DNA from: Mobula hypostoma
Taxonomy: Eukaryota
Assembly: GCF_963921235.1 (NCBI RefSeq)
Contig: NC_086097.1
Coordinates: 185,940,001 to 186,004,000, forward strand
Reading direction: 5' to 3'
DNA: 64,000 bases
Numbering within the stretch: the first letter of the stretch is position 1; each line of letters starts with the position of its first letter. A program made the position numbers and the translations under genes. Below are positions 38,926-52,445 of this stretch, one piece after another. The notes beneath the pieces were generated by a model. It worked only from the letters and a program-made list of their open reading frames with translations. It searched no databases and was not told where the DNA came from.

Positions 38926-40092
38926 TCTGTTTAACCAAAGTTTAAAAATTCCAATTTTTTTTGTCCAGGAAGAAATGTATTAATTCTTTATTTCCTCTTT
39001 GCAACAACCTTTATATTGTTCTTATATAGAAAAAAATCATTCAGAGATGTGAAGAAATAGATGTGAAAGAAAGCAATTATTGGGAATGTTACCCAAGAAC
39101 ATGGTTGAAGAAGCAGATTTTACAGATATTAAAGAAGGTAGAAAGGAAGAGTTTAAGAGATTAGATAGGGAATTCCTAAAGGGCAAGAGAATGGGTGTGG
39201 TAGATGATATATTTCTGGAAGTTGCATTGATAAGTAAGGGCAATGCTGTGGAAGTGAATTTAACATGAGATTCAAGGTTTTAATTTTTAGGTGTTCAGAA
39301 TCAAGGCTGTTCAGCAAAGGCAGCAGTGATAAATAAGCAGGCAACTGTGAGATTTAATTCAACATTTATGATAAATTGAAACATTGTCGGAAAATTATTA
39401 TTTGCACAGTTGGTAAAGGTCACAAGTTTGGGAGGTGTTTGGTGAAGATCCTTTGGTGAATTGCCACAAAATACATCAGTAATATGGAGAAGGAATGTTC
39501 AGGGTGATGGATGGGCTGTCAATCAAATATAATACTTTATCCTGAATTACAATATCAATCTTGTGAAAAATTCTTGGAGATGTGCTCCTTTCAAGCAAAA
39601 TGATGATATTTATTATATACTGTCCCTGATTTTAGTTTCCTGATGGTGGCAAAGCTCTAAGGTGTCTGAAGATGAGTTGTGCAGGTCTGACCCTGCTGTT
39701 GTCACCACAATTTTTGTTGGATTAATCCAGTAAAGACTTTGATTACTGGTAATCTCCCATGATGTTTACAGTAAGAAATCTGGAAGTAGTGATGCTCTTG
39801 AATGTTAAGTCTGGTTGATTCAACTCTAATTGAAAGTGTTAATTTTGCCATGGTCATAGGACTTGAATATTATTGCCACCTATCAGTCCAGGTCCAGATG
39901 TTGGTCAGCTCATAATCTGAAAGAATGCAAGATTATACAGATTAGGGCTATGTACCCTGGAATTCTGAAGTGAAGTGGTTGAGTTAATCAATCTTTCAAG
40001 ATATCAGGAGAAACTAATAGTGTGACAGAAAGAAAATATTTCTTCCATTCAGAAAACTGATAAAAATAGATTTAAAACTTCATAATTCTTAC

Positions 40093-40117
40093 CATTCTTG
40101 TCAGCTCTTCGTAAGAT
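40093..40117 (-). CDS. NECAB1: NECAB1 coding exon 2 (25-nt micro-exon)
   Basis: The minus strand reads ttcag|ATC TTA CGA AGA GCT GAC AAG AAT G|gtaag = ILRRADKN+G, matching the NECAB EF-hand 1 start. Phases join exon 1 (phase 0) and exon 3 (G+AT = Asp). Confidence 0.93.
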
Positions 40118-43100
40118 CTGAAATGAATCATACACAAAAATGTACCATCAGTGTCAGGGCCAGGCCAGAGTAATAAGCCTCAGTGAAAAAACTCAATGTG
40201 AAAAAGTTGTCAATTAATGAAATGACTGAAAATTATTCATATTTCCTGCAGATTAATCACCTTTGTTAGTCAATTTTTCTAATACAGATGAAGGTTAAAT
40301 ATCTTAGCACATTACAGATCACATTAAATAGAAATGTGCTGGGCAGAGTTTCAATTAAATTTTGAAATTTGCAACTATTTAGCTTCATTCTGTGCTACAT
40401 TTCAAGATCAGCTCAGCTAGTTGAAATTAATTGCTGTGTCAAAAATGCTACCTAAAAAGTTACATACTAAGTAAGTCTATTTCAAATGCTTTTCCAATAA
40501 ATTGACAACACAAATGCATACAAACTGTATTCAGAACTAGAAATGAAAATATGAAAATCAGTATGCTAATTAATCTGATATAAAATTCTAAATCTGCTTA
40601 AGTGGAACAGAGAGATTTAAACAGATAGAATGCATAAGACATCCTAGTCACAGACCTCCAGTCAGAAAAATCACCTTTCTACTCTTTCTCTATGAGCAAG
40701 CCGATTTTGGATCCTATTTGTTAACAGATCATTGATTTGATATGACTTCTAGACCAGGCCCTGCTGAGGGATCTTGTCAAATGCTTAACTAAAGTCCATG
40801 TAAACATCATGCATTGCCCCGCCCTCAGCAATCATCTCTAGCATGTCCTCAAACATTCTCAGTCAAATTTATGACACAGGACCTATCCTGACTCTACTTC
40901 TAATTGTCATGTTCTTCCAAATGCGACAAACCTGTCATCAAGAACCTTCTCCAATAATTTCATTTTTTTTAAAGAAAATGTTTGTTAATTTGTTTTGATT
41001 ATGGTTTCTATATTTATATATATAACCTTTCCAATTTCATAATATTCACCTGTTTTTGTTCTCATATAGAAAAATGGAAGAGCCAAATTCACAAAGAGCA
41101 ATGAGGTAACTGTCTAATAATTTTGTGGATGGTGACTGGGTGACTGGGCGACTGGGCATGCACTAAGATAAAGTAAGGCTTCAAATTGGGCCATGAAAGA
41201 TGAGAAAAGGGTCATGCTTAATGATTCATTCAAATTTGGCACCTCAATCAGTGTAGCATTCCAGGTACCGGGCTGAATTATATCCCTGGGTTATTTCATC
41301 AAATCCCATAACTTTCTCTCTCATGTCAACTGAATGCAGAGAGCTGAAAGAGCAGAACTTTGCACTCAGGTAACAATTTGTAATGAGTCCTCAGTGATGA
41401 GGCCCCACCTCTTCAATGGGTTACAATGTCACTTCCTGCCAAGGTATTGTAATAATCAGTGAATGTTTCTGAATTTCATAGAGATACAAGGACTAATACA
41501 ATCATTTTGAATAGTTAAACATTTAAATTAATTAAAATATTATTTTGAAATCTGAAAAAGAAAAACAAGTTTACCTTTATCTACCTTTCCCCATCTTAAT
41601 GGCTAGAAATTCATATTCTAATAAAACAAACTCCAATTTTATTTCAGCAATGGGAAGGTGAATTCTTCAGCTAAGTAGTGGAGAATCCAATGTTATGCTT
41701 GCTTATTTTATTTTGAAGCAACTGATTTCTAGCAAGATTACTATGATGGAAATGATTTCATATTCATATTCTATGATGACATAAAAGGAGGGCATTCAGC
41801 CCATCTGTGCCAGAGCAATTCCACAGTCCCAGTCTCCCACTTACCTTCCTGCCAACTGTTTATATCATATGTCCATTAATGCCACACCCCCCGCTCAAGG
41901 ATAACCTTTAGGGAATCCTGCACAAGGATTCCCAAGTTCCTTTGCACCTCTGAATTTTCTCCCCATTTTGAAAGTAATCTATGCCTTCGCTCCTGCCACT
42001 AAAGTGCACAATCATATCCCTGAAATATTAACTCTTTCACTTTCCACAGATGTTGACTGACCAGCAGAATATTTCCAGCATTTTTGCTTTCTATTCCAGA
42101 TTACTAGCATCTATATTTGTTCAGACTGTTGAGAAAATTGCCTAGTTTAAGATACTTGCACAGGCAAATTTCACTTTAGTGCCTTGACCCACTTCTCCTG
42201 AAGGTGCTTTAATGCAAATACTCAATTCCACTTTAACACTGTTCCCAAACTAGTCATTGCCGCATGTGGGTCTTTTCCACTGGACCTGTGTCTCCATTAC
42301 ATGTAGAGTGCTACCATTGTATTTCTGAATTGATAGTTCCTTACATTCCTTAACTGCTTTACCTTGTACTACCTCAGTGCTCTGTAGTAACAAATCGATT
42401 TGTATGAACAACATGCAAGACAAGTTTTTCACTGTACCCCAGTACGTGGCAACAAAAACCAATTTACCTATGTACATGTTTTCACCCATCACTGCTGTTT
42501 TCCCTTAGACTTCCAAAAACGAATAACGGCCTATCCTAATTGTATGGAAGCTGGGATATTGAAAAAAGTAGCCTGTTTATAATTCAAAGTATATATATAT
42601 AGTTTTAGTATTAAGGAATTTTCATTGTGGTTCAAAGTTTTTGTATTAGCCTGTTAAATTTGCACTTTCACTTGAGTAGTTGGAGGGTGCCTTTCCATTT
42701 AAACGGAATAGATCCAGTCAGTGGCTCCGAATCCAGAGGCAGCCCCAGGGCTTGCTGGCTTGCTTACTATAAGGATTTAAAAAAAATAATTTGAAACATT
42801 TTTTTATTTGATTCTGTTGATTTTTTTAAAAATCCACTGTAGTATTAACACAAAATAATCTGCAGATGCTGGGGTCACTGTAGTATTAATGTTGGTGCTT
42901 TAGCAGATGCAATTAAAACTTCCAATGTTTGACTGAAAAAAAGATTCAGATGCGAAATCAATACCAACATTTTGCCAAGTATCCTCCATTAGTTCATTAT
43001 TCAATTCGAAACAATTTGCTCAAAGTGCTTCTTCACCGCATACACCCAAAATTTATATTTCAGAGCATTAATCGCTGCAATACTTTAAAGCATTTTTTTT

Positions 43101-43309
43101 CTGAAAGTGCAAACCGCAATTTCATCTATTTAAGTATACCGCATCAATTTAAGAATCGTATATTACTGCACAATGGGCATTTCATATATGTGTCCCAAAG
43201 TGTGAGGATATAAACTGCCGACAGCTTGTGTTGCTGCTGGTTTTAGCTCGGGTTACCGCTAAGTAATTGTGTTAAATTGATATTTTGAAGAATTTCCTTC
43301 AATACTTAC

Positions 43310-43408
43310 GTCCAGGAAAATCAACGTGCCTTTCTTCAGCTGAAGCGAAGATGTGGTATCACAATTCGGTGCTTCTGTTGAAAAAGGATGCGTTTCCGGG
43401 CAAGCCAT
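43310..43408 (-). CDS. NECAB1: NECAB1 (N-terminal EF-hand calcium-binding protein 1) coding exon 1
   Basis: The minus strand from ATG 43408 reads MACPETHPFSTEAPNCDTTSSLQLKKGTLIFLD (99 nt), then a GTAAGT donor. The end resembles mammalian NECAB1 ...LHLSKGMSIFLD. There is an in-frame upstream stop. Divergent adjacency to TMEM64 matches known vertebrate synteny. Confidence 0.9.
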
Positions 43409-43790
43409 TGTTAAAGAGAATTTCTGTAATACGCAAACTTGATGACTTTTTTCTTCTGAAATGCGGACGAGTTAATTACTAAGAAATCCAGCATACATCT
43501 GCGCAGATGCCTTTCCGGAGGCTATCTCTGCGATTTGTCGCTGCTCTGGGTATGTTTTGATCTGAGCAGGTTGCCGCTGTTTGGGTTCGGGGGCCACGCG
43601 ATCACATGCACACACTCATTCAGAAGTCGAAACTCCGCAGACGGACGTTTACGATCTAATCTCGGCAGATCTGAGCACATATACTGTCGGCTTCGCGCCG
43701 CTTCCGCTAAAAACAAACACACACACACACACACACACAGTGGAACTGACGCCTATTTTGTGAAACCGCCTATATCGATTCCCGTTTATT
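43409..43790 (-). promoter_or_regulatory. NECAB1 5' leader / CpG-rich promoter region
   Basis: Locally CpG-rich unique sequence directly upstream of the NECAB1 ATG. It contains the palindrome CATCTGCGCAGATG and a (CA)n tract. The TSS cannot be determined from sequence. Confidence 0.6.
43718..43739. repeat. (CA)n microsatellite
   Basis: About 11 AC units, seen directly. Confidence 0.9.
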
Positions 43791-44139
43791 TCTGCCTTTT
43801 CACCCATTCCCGTTTTTCTTCATCTCAGGATACACTTTCTCCCGCTTTAGTTTCCTGTTTTATTTAAAAATCTGATTTGCTCCTTTTTCTTTTAGTTTCT
43901 TGCATTTTTCTTTCTCCTTTGGGGCTGCCTCCACTTGTACATCTCCCCAATTGCGAAGTCAATCCGTATTAGTTGTTTGACAATATCTCCTAGTGATAGA
44001 CAGGGCTCTTTGACAGAAAACATGAAATCACTGTCTCAATGGCGATACATATATGAAACGAAGCTCGAAAACCGAACAACTGCATTTGTCGGTGCTCTTC
44101 AAGTATTTTGAATACAGTATTCCGTTCCAGGCAGATAGA

Positions 44140-45320
44140 ACTGAAGAAACACAGATTGTTGGAGGAACCCAGTTTCGATAGAAATGAATACTGTACACGG
44201 TCAATATTTTGGGCAGAGACCTTTCTTCGGGGGGGGGGGGGGGGGAGATAGCTAGAAGGAGATAGGTGAAGCCGGGAGGAAAAGGGCTGAAGAAAGAATT
44301 TTATAGTAAGGTTGACCATGGGAGAAAGGAATGAAGGACGGGCAGGTGGGAAGGTGTACGATGCCAGAGTGGGCAATAGGAGGGGAGGGGGAAGGAGTTT
44401 CTGCTTAAATCATAAGGAGAAATCGGTGCCATCGGGTTGTGGGCTACCCAACCGGAATATAAGGTGTTGCCCCTGCGCCCTGAGGGTGGCCCCAAAGTGG
44501 AAGCAGAGGAGGCCATGGACTGACGTGCTGGAACGGGAATGGGAATCAGAATTTAAATGTTTGGCCAGTGGTAAGTTCCACTTTTGGTGGATGGTGCGGA
44601 GGTGCTCGACGAAGCGTTGCCCCAATTTAACCGCTTGCAGTGATAAATGCCGGGAAGGAAATTAGTGAATTAGTGGGGAGAGATGAATGGACAAGGGAAT
44701 CACGGAGGAGCGATCTCTGCGGAAAGTGGAGAATGGGCGAGGGGATAGTAGGATCCCGTTGGAACGCAAGTTACAGGAAATGATGGAGGCTCATGGGGTG
44801 GTAGGTGAGGACAAGAGGAACTCTTTCATTGTTAAGGCAGCGGGAAGATAGGGTGAGCGTGGATATCCAGGAAATGGAGGAGATGCGGGTGAGGGCAGCA
44901 TCAATGGTGGAGGAATGAAAGCCCTGTTCGTGGAAGAAAGAGGGCATCGATGGCAAGGAAATCTGCATCATGGGAACAGACGGGGCGGAGACAAAGGAAC
45001 TGCGAAAGAGGGAGCGCATTTTTATAGGACACAGCCTGGGGAGAAGTATAGTCAAGACAACCGTGAGACGGTAGGTTTATAAAAGACGTCGGCCGACTGT
45101 TTGTCCCCAGAGATGGAGACAGAGAGATCGAGAAAGGAGAGGGAGGTGTCAGAAATGGACCAAGTGAATTTAAGGGCGGGGTGGAAGTTAGAAGCAAAGT
45201 TGATGAAATTGACGAGCTCAGCATAGGTGCATGAAGCAGTACCAATGCTGTCGTCAACGTAGCAGAGGAAGAGTTAGACAGCATTACCTGGAAAGGCTTG
45301 AAATATTGACTTTTCTACAT
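44140..45320 (-). mobile_element. Old Penelope-like element fragment
   Basis: QRFVEHLRTI...HLIFRLGSPQPDG, RVPLVLTYHP and an RT YVDD region near 45250. Confidence 0.82.
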
Positions 45321-47319
45321 AGCAATATTTCTGAAAAATAAGCATTGAATAGAGGTAGATCCAACACCCAAATTCATATTCTATAAAACAAGCCAAATTG
45401 AAAATCTTAGCAAATAGAACCATTCTAATTATTTTCATTAAACATTTCTGAGTCATAATTTCCAGAATGTGGGGATGGGCAGAGCAGATGGGGCTTGTCG
45501 CCGGCGGTTGGCAACCCATGTAGAAGGAAAATTTAGATTTCAAATCTTGGCTGCCTTGCAGCTATACCCACTCATGGGCTTCCGGAGTAAACCTAGAGGA
45601 AAGATTCAGAGTTGAAGTCCCTAAGGCAGTCCCAAGATGAGTTCAAAGCTGACTGGCAACTTCTGCGACGCCACTGGTGCCAAACTGTATCAGTCTCTGC
45701 TGTTCCTTTGGATTCATCAGCTGCGTGTGTGTGTGACAGAGGGGTGCCTGCTGCACAGACAGCAGCTCACTCTCCAGATGGTATTGCCCTGGCTTGCACA
45801 TCACCAGCGAGGACACATTATCCATGCTTTATCCCAGCCAACAGAGGCCCTGCAGAATTCCCAGTTCTTCATTTAAACATAGCTCAATCTTTAAAAACAG
45901 AAAGTAACCAGATTCCAGTGGTTAGTGATAGGGTACAGATCAAACAAATCCTTACATTGAAAATACGGATATCCAAGCAAGATGCATCTGGATGTTTTCA
46001 CAAGGGCCTGCTATTTCTTTCAACAGATTTTACTAAAATAATCACCAAAAGGTTGTAAAAAATTATAGCATATCAAGCTTAAAATATAGTGAGCACAAAT
46101 TGAATTTCTGTTCCCTAATTACAATAGTTTAAAAAAGACCAAATGAATAGGTATCACCTTCTTAGATCAAATTTATCTCTTTTGCAGATTTCTACCAATG
46201 GGTCCATTTGCTTACCTTCATTTTGTCCTTTTTGTCCTACAAGTACACCACACAAAGTTTAAAAATGTCAGAAGTGCAGGGCTGTGCATTCACTTGAGCC
46301 TCCGCCACCATTCAATAGTTTAAATGAATTGGAGATGACCTTATTGAACATGTAAGACACCTCTAGTATCTTATTTATTCAATAAGGTCATCTTCCATTC
46401 TTCTAAATTCCAAAGGGTAAAGGCACAATCATTCCTCATTAGACAAACAAATGAAAGTTATTAGAAAGGACTCTAATGCAAATATTGAATAGTCCTCATT
46501 AAGTACAACCAAAACTGTTTGCATTACACCTTGTGTGGTCTCATTGATACCCAGTACAGTTGTATCAATCCATCCTCATATTTTACTCCATCTCCTTGTA
46601 ATAAATTCCAGTTACCTTTCCAATTACTCGATGAACCCACATGCTAAGACCCAGCATCAACTTACATGGCACCACACTAATTTCAGCAATCAAATACAAT
46701 GATGACTCATTTATTTCCATTTTTGTTTCTGTTTGTTTGTCAATCCATGTGCATATATTATTCCCAAAATCATGAGCATTGATACTCTTTATGCAATTTT
46801 ATTGTATGTTTTTAGAAAATGCAAATACACCACATCTTCTGGTTTCCTTTTATCTACAGTTTTCAAAGAATCCTATTTCATAAAACAATATTGACTCTGC
46901 CTGATGGTGTTATAATTTCCAAAGTGTCTACTACACCTTTCTTGAAGAAAGGTGTTAGGATAATTGGCCATAGTTTGTAGCAACTAGTGTTACATTTTCT
47001 ATGGCTTCCTAGTTTTACTTTTTAAAATAAATATAATTGTACACATTAATTAATTGTATATAATCATACAGGTTCAATTTGAACAATGTTTAGTATTTAT
47101 ATTTATTGCCTATCTATTCAAATAATCTATTCTATTTATTTTAAACCATCCTTTATGGATTTTATTTTTCTCATTTACTGGCCCACAACGTGATATTCCT
47201 AAAATGAACACTTAAAAATTTCAACTTCCTTATTTACCTGTACATGGATCATTGAGTGCTTACTTTTGGAAGGAATATAGCTTTGTTGAGAATAATATTC
47301 AAAAGGTTTGACACCCTTC

Positions 47320-47570
47320 CATCATGCAGCATGGAATAAACCCTTCTGGCCCAATAAGCCACACCGCCCTGCAACCCATCTATTTAATCCTACCCTAATC
47401 ACAGGACAACCTACAATGGCCAATTACCCTACTAACTGGTATGTCTTGGGAAAGTGGGAGGAAACCAGAGCGCCTGGAGGAAGCTCATGCGTTCAAGGGA
47501 AGGACATACAGATAGTGTTGGAATTGAACTCTGAACTCTGATGCACTGAGCTGTAACAGCATCGCGCTAA
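47320..47570 (-). mobile_element. V-SINE (HE1-like), degenerate
   Basis: Reverse complement of the V-domain: GTGGGAGGAAACCAGAGCGCCTGGAGGAAGCTCA. Confidence 0.6.
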
Positions 47571-47574
47571 ACTC

Positions 47575-48470
47575 TGGTTTGTCCTCCCAAGGTCCTCCCT
47601 CATACTTGTCTGCATTTTTCCATTTGGCCCAGATTCCACCACAAGCTTTGATTGCCTTCCTTGCTGTGACTACACCACCACCCCCCCAATCTTGATGTTG
47701 TCCGCATATTTGCTAATCCACATTACCACATTATTATCCAAATTGTTGATACAGATGACAAACAACAAACCTAGCACCAATCCCTGTGGGTCACCAATAG
47801 TCACAGGTCTCCAGTCAGATAGGCAACCTCTCTCTGTCTATTCCTGCAAAGCCAATGTCCAAATCCAATTACTACCTCATTCTAAATGCCTTCTTGACCA
47901 TCACCCATACGGGATCTTGACAAAGGCTTTGCTAAAGCTCACATAGATTATATCCACTGCCTTTTGTAGTAACTTGCTAAAAAAGCTCAAAGATTGGCTA
48001 GACATGACCTACCATGCACAAAGCCATATTGGCTATCTCCAATCCATCTCTATCTAACTGAATACTTACATATTCGGTCATTAGAATACCTCCCAATAAG
48101 TTACCCACTATTGATGTCAAGCTCACTGGCCTATAGTTTCCCAGCTTGTTGATAGAGCCCTTCTTCAACAATGGAACAACACTAGCTATTCTCCGATCCT
48201 TTGGTCCTTCACCCTTGGCTAAGGGTGTTTTAAGTACCTCTGCTAGGGCCCTTGCAATTTTTGCACTAGCCTCCCACAAGGTCCGGGGAACACCTTGTCA
48301 TGCCCTGAGTATTTATCCTCCATAACTTTCCTCAAGTTAGCAAGCACCATCTCTCCTGCAGTCCGTATATGGTCTGTGACCTCACCGTTGTTTTGACACA
48401 CTTCTATAGATTCTGTATTTATCTGCCAAATAAATATAGGTGCAAAAAATCTATTTAAGATCTCCCCCAG
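47575..48470 (-). mobile_element. CR1 LINE RT fragment
   Basis: VVPLLKKGSINKLGNYRPVSLTSIVGNLL. Confidence 0.8.
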
Positions 48471-50779
48471 GTACTCAGCTAGATGTCTCCAACAACACCA
48501 CCTAAATTTGGGATTTTTATATTACCAGGAAAGGCAAAAGCAAGGCCCAAGGGAACAATAGTACTGACATGTTCCTTTCCAAGTCAGATAATATCCTGAC
48601 TTGGAAACATTTCGTTCCTGCCTCATTGTTTCAGGATATATGCGAATCACGGAACTCCCTCCCAACACTTTATCAGAAGGACTGCAGATATTCAAAATGG
48701 CAGCCACCACTACCACCTCAAGGGCAATTTGGAGTGGCAAGTGAATTGCTGGCCATGTCTGTGATGTCTATGTTAAAAAAAAAATGGATGAATACGTCTT
48801 CTGATATGTTAAAAACCCTCACAACTTTGAGAGTCAACAAAGCTGGGAATGAGGGTTTGCTGACTGCCAATATTTTGAAGGTAATTTCAAAGGTGGGAGT
48901 TCTTCAGAGTGCCATTGGGAACTCTATCATTACTCTGATCTCAGTGCTGGAGCATTCAACGAGATGAAGATTTCACATCCAGGAACCACAGATAACAATT
49001 GCTAGATGTTAGATCGCACCATCAAGATCTGACCTATTAGAAATAAAGTTTAGGAAGATCAACTTACAACATGTCGCCTTTTTGCATTCCTGTGTTTATT
49101 CTTTTAATTGTGGATTAACTTTATACCTGTGTTCAAAGTACATGTGAAAGAACATGCTTACAGTGTCAGCAGATAATTATCATACTTCCTTGTCAGTTTT
49201 CAATTGTACAAAAGTGCCCTCTTCAGCATTAAATTGGAAATACATTGGATTGGGGCAATACCAAATGCAACATAATGTATATAAATTAAACCATGCTTTT
49301 TTTGACCTGATACAGTCTCTTCACACAATTCATGCTGCCTGCTCATTATCTTCATCATCCAGGTAACACAAATATGTACTTCAAGCTTACCAAACGTTAA
49401 CCCAGTTTAAAAACAGCCTGCATTATTATGTGCGGAGCACATCATGGTTGGGACCAGCAGTATAATTTCAAATACAGGTTCGAATGACCAAATTGGAAAG
49501 GAGGAAATGAATTCTCTATTCAGTTAGCTCAAATATTCTTCTGGGCACAGGTTATAAGAAGCAGAGGGAAGGTCCATTTGCCAAGGCCAATATAAGGATT
49601 CAAGCATGTTTTGATGACAACACATTTATCAGTGCATCAAAGCAGAGAAAATGATGACAAACAGGGGACATGTCAGGAGGGAGAGGGAGTAAGAATCAGT
49701 GCCTGCTGAGTACATTTAAAAATCACTTCCCCGAGTGCGGCTTCAACAACACCCAAAGTTTAAAGTAAACTTATTATTGAAGTACGTATATGTTACCATA
49801 TACCACCGAGAATCATTTTCCTGCAGACATTTTTGGTAGATACAAAGAAATACAATGGAATCTATGAAAAACTACACACAAAGATGGTCAAATAACCAAT
49901 GTGCAAAAGACAAACTGAGCAATGTAAAAAAAACAAATGATAATAATGATAAACAAACAACAAATAGTGTTGAGAACATGAGCTGTAGTATCATTGAATG
50001 TGGGTCCATAGTTCGTGGAATCAGTTCAGTGTTGAGGTGAGTGAAGTTATCCGCCCAGGTTCAGGAGCCTGATAATTGAGGCGTAATAACTTTTAAATGC
50101 CGAGGTACCAGCTCTGGAATGATATGTTGATAATTAACCCACGTTGATTGCACATTTAGTATACTTGGTTTTAAATATTGTATGCACCAGTTTCTCAGGC
50201 TTCCTAAAACCTATCCATGAAAACAAAACAAATCAATCCCGTTGAAGCATGATAGCGAATTCTCTCAGAGGTCTTCTTTCTTGCAAACAGGAAACGGCTT
50301 GTTCACAATAATTTTGCTATTCTAAAATGCTTTGTTTTACGTTTTGCATTCTGACAGTTACATTCTGCACATTGGGTCCTGGAAAAATATTATTTCTTGC
50401 ACAAGGATATTAATGTCGATGACATGATAGCATAACACAAGAGACTATGATTTAATCCAGACCATTGATGACGTCAATGGAGTTTGCAATTGCTCCATGT
50501 CCCCCCCCGACACACTCTAAAGACATATGAATTTGTAAATTAATTAACTAACATAAACTGCTCCTAATCTGTTCGTGAGAGATATGATCTAGAGAGAGTT
50601 GGGACTGCGTGCGGGGAGAATAAAATGGGATTATGTGGCACTAGTGTAAATTGCTGGCTGAAGGACCTGGTTCCGTACTGCATTCGATCAAAGAACTGCT
50701 GCAACAAACAACCTGTTGGAGGAACTCAGCGGGTCGATCAGCACCTGTGGGATGAAAGTACCTTCATCAAGGGTTCCTC

Positions 50780-52445
<1,666 letters not shown>

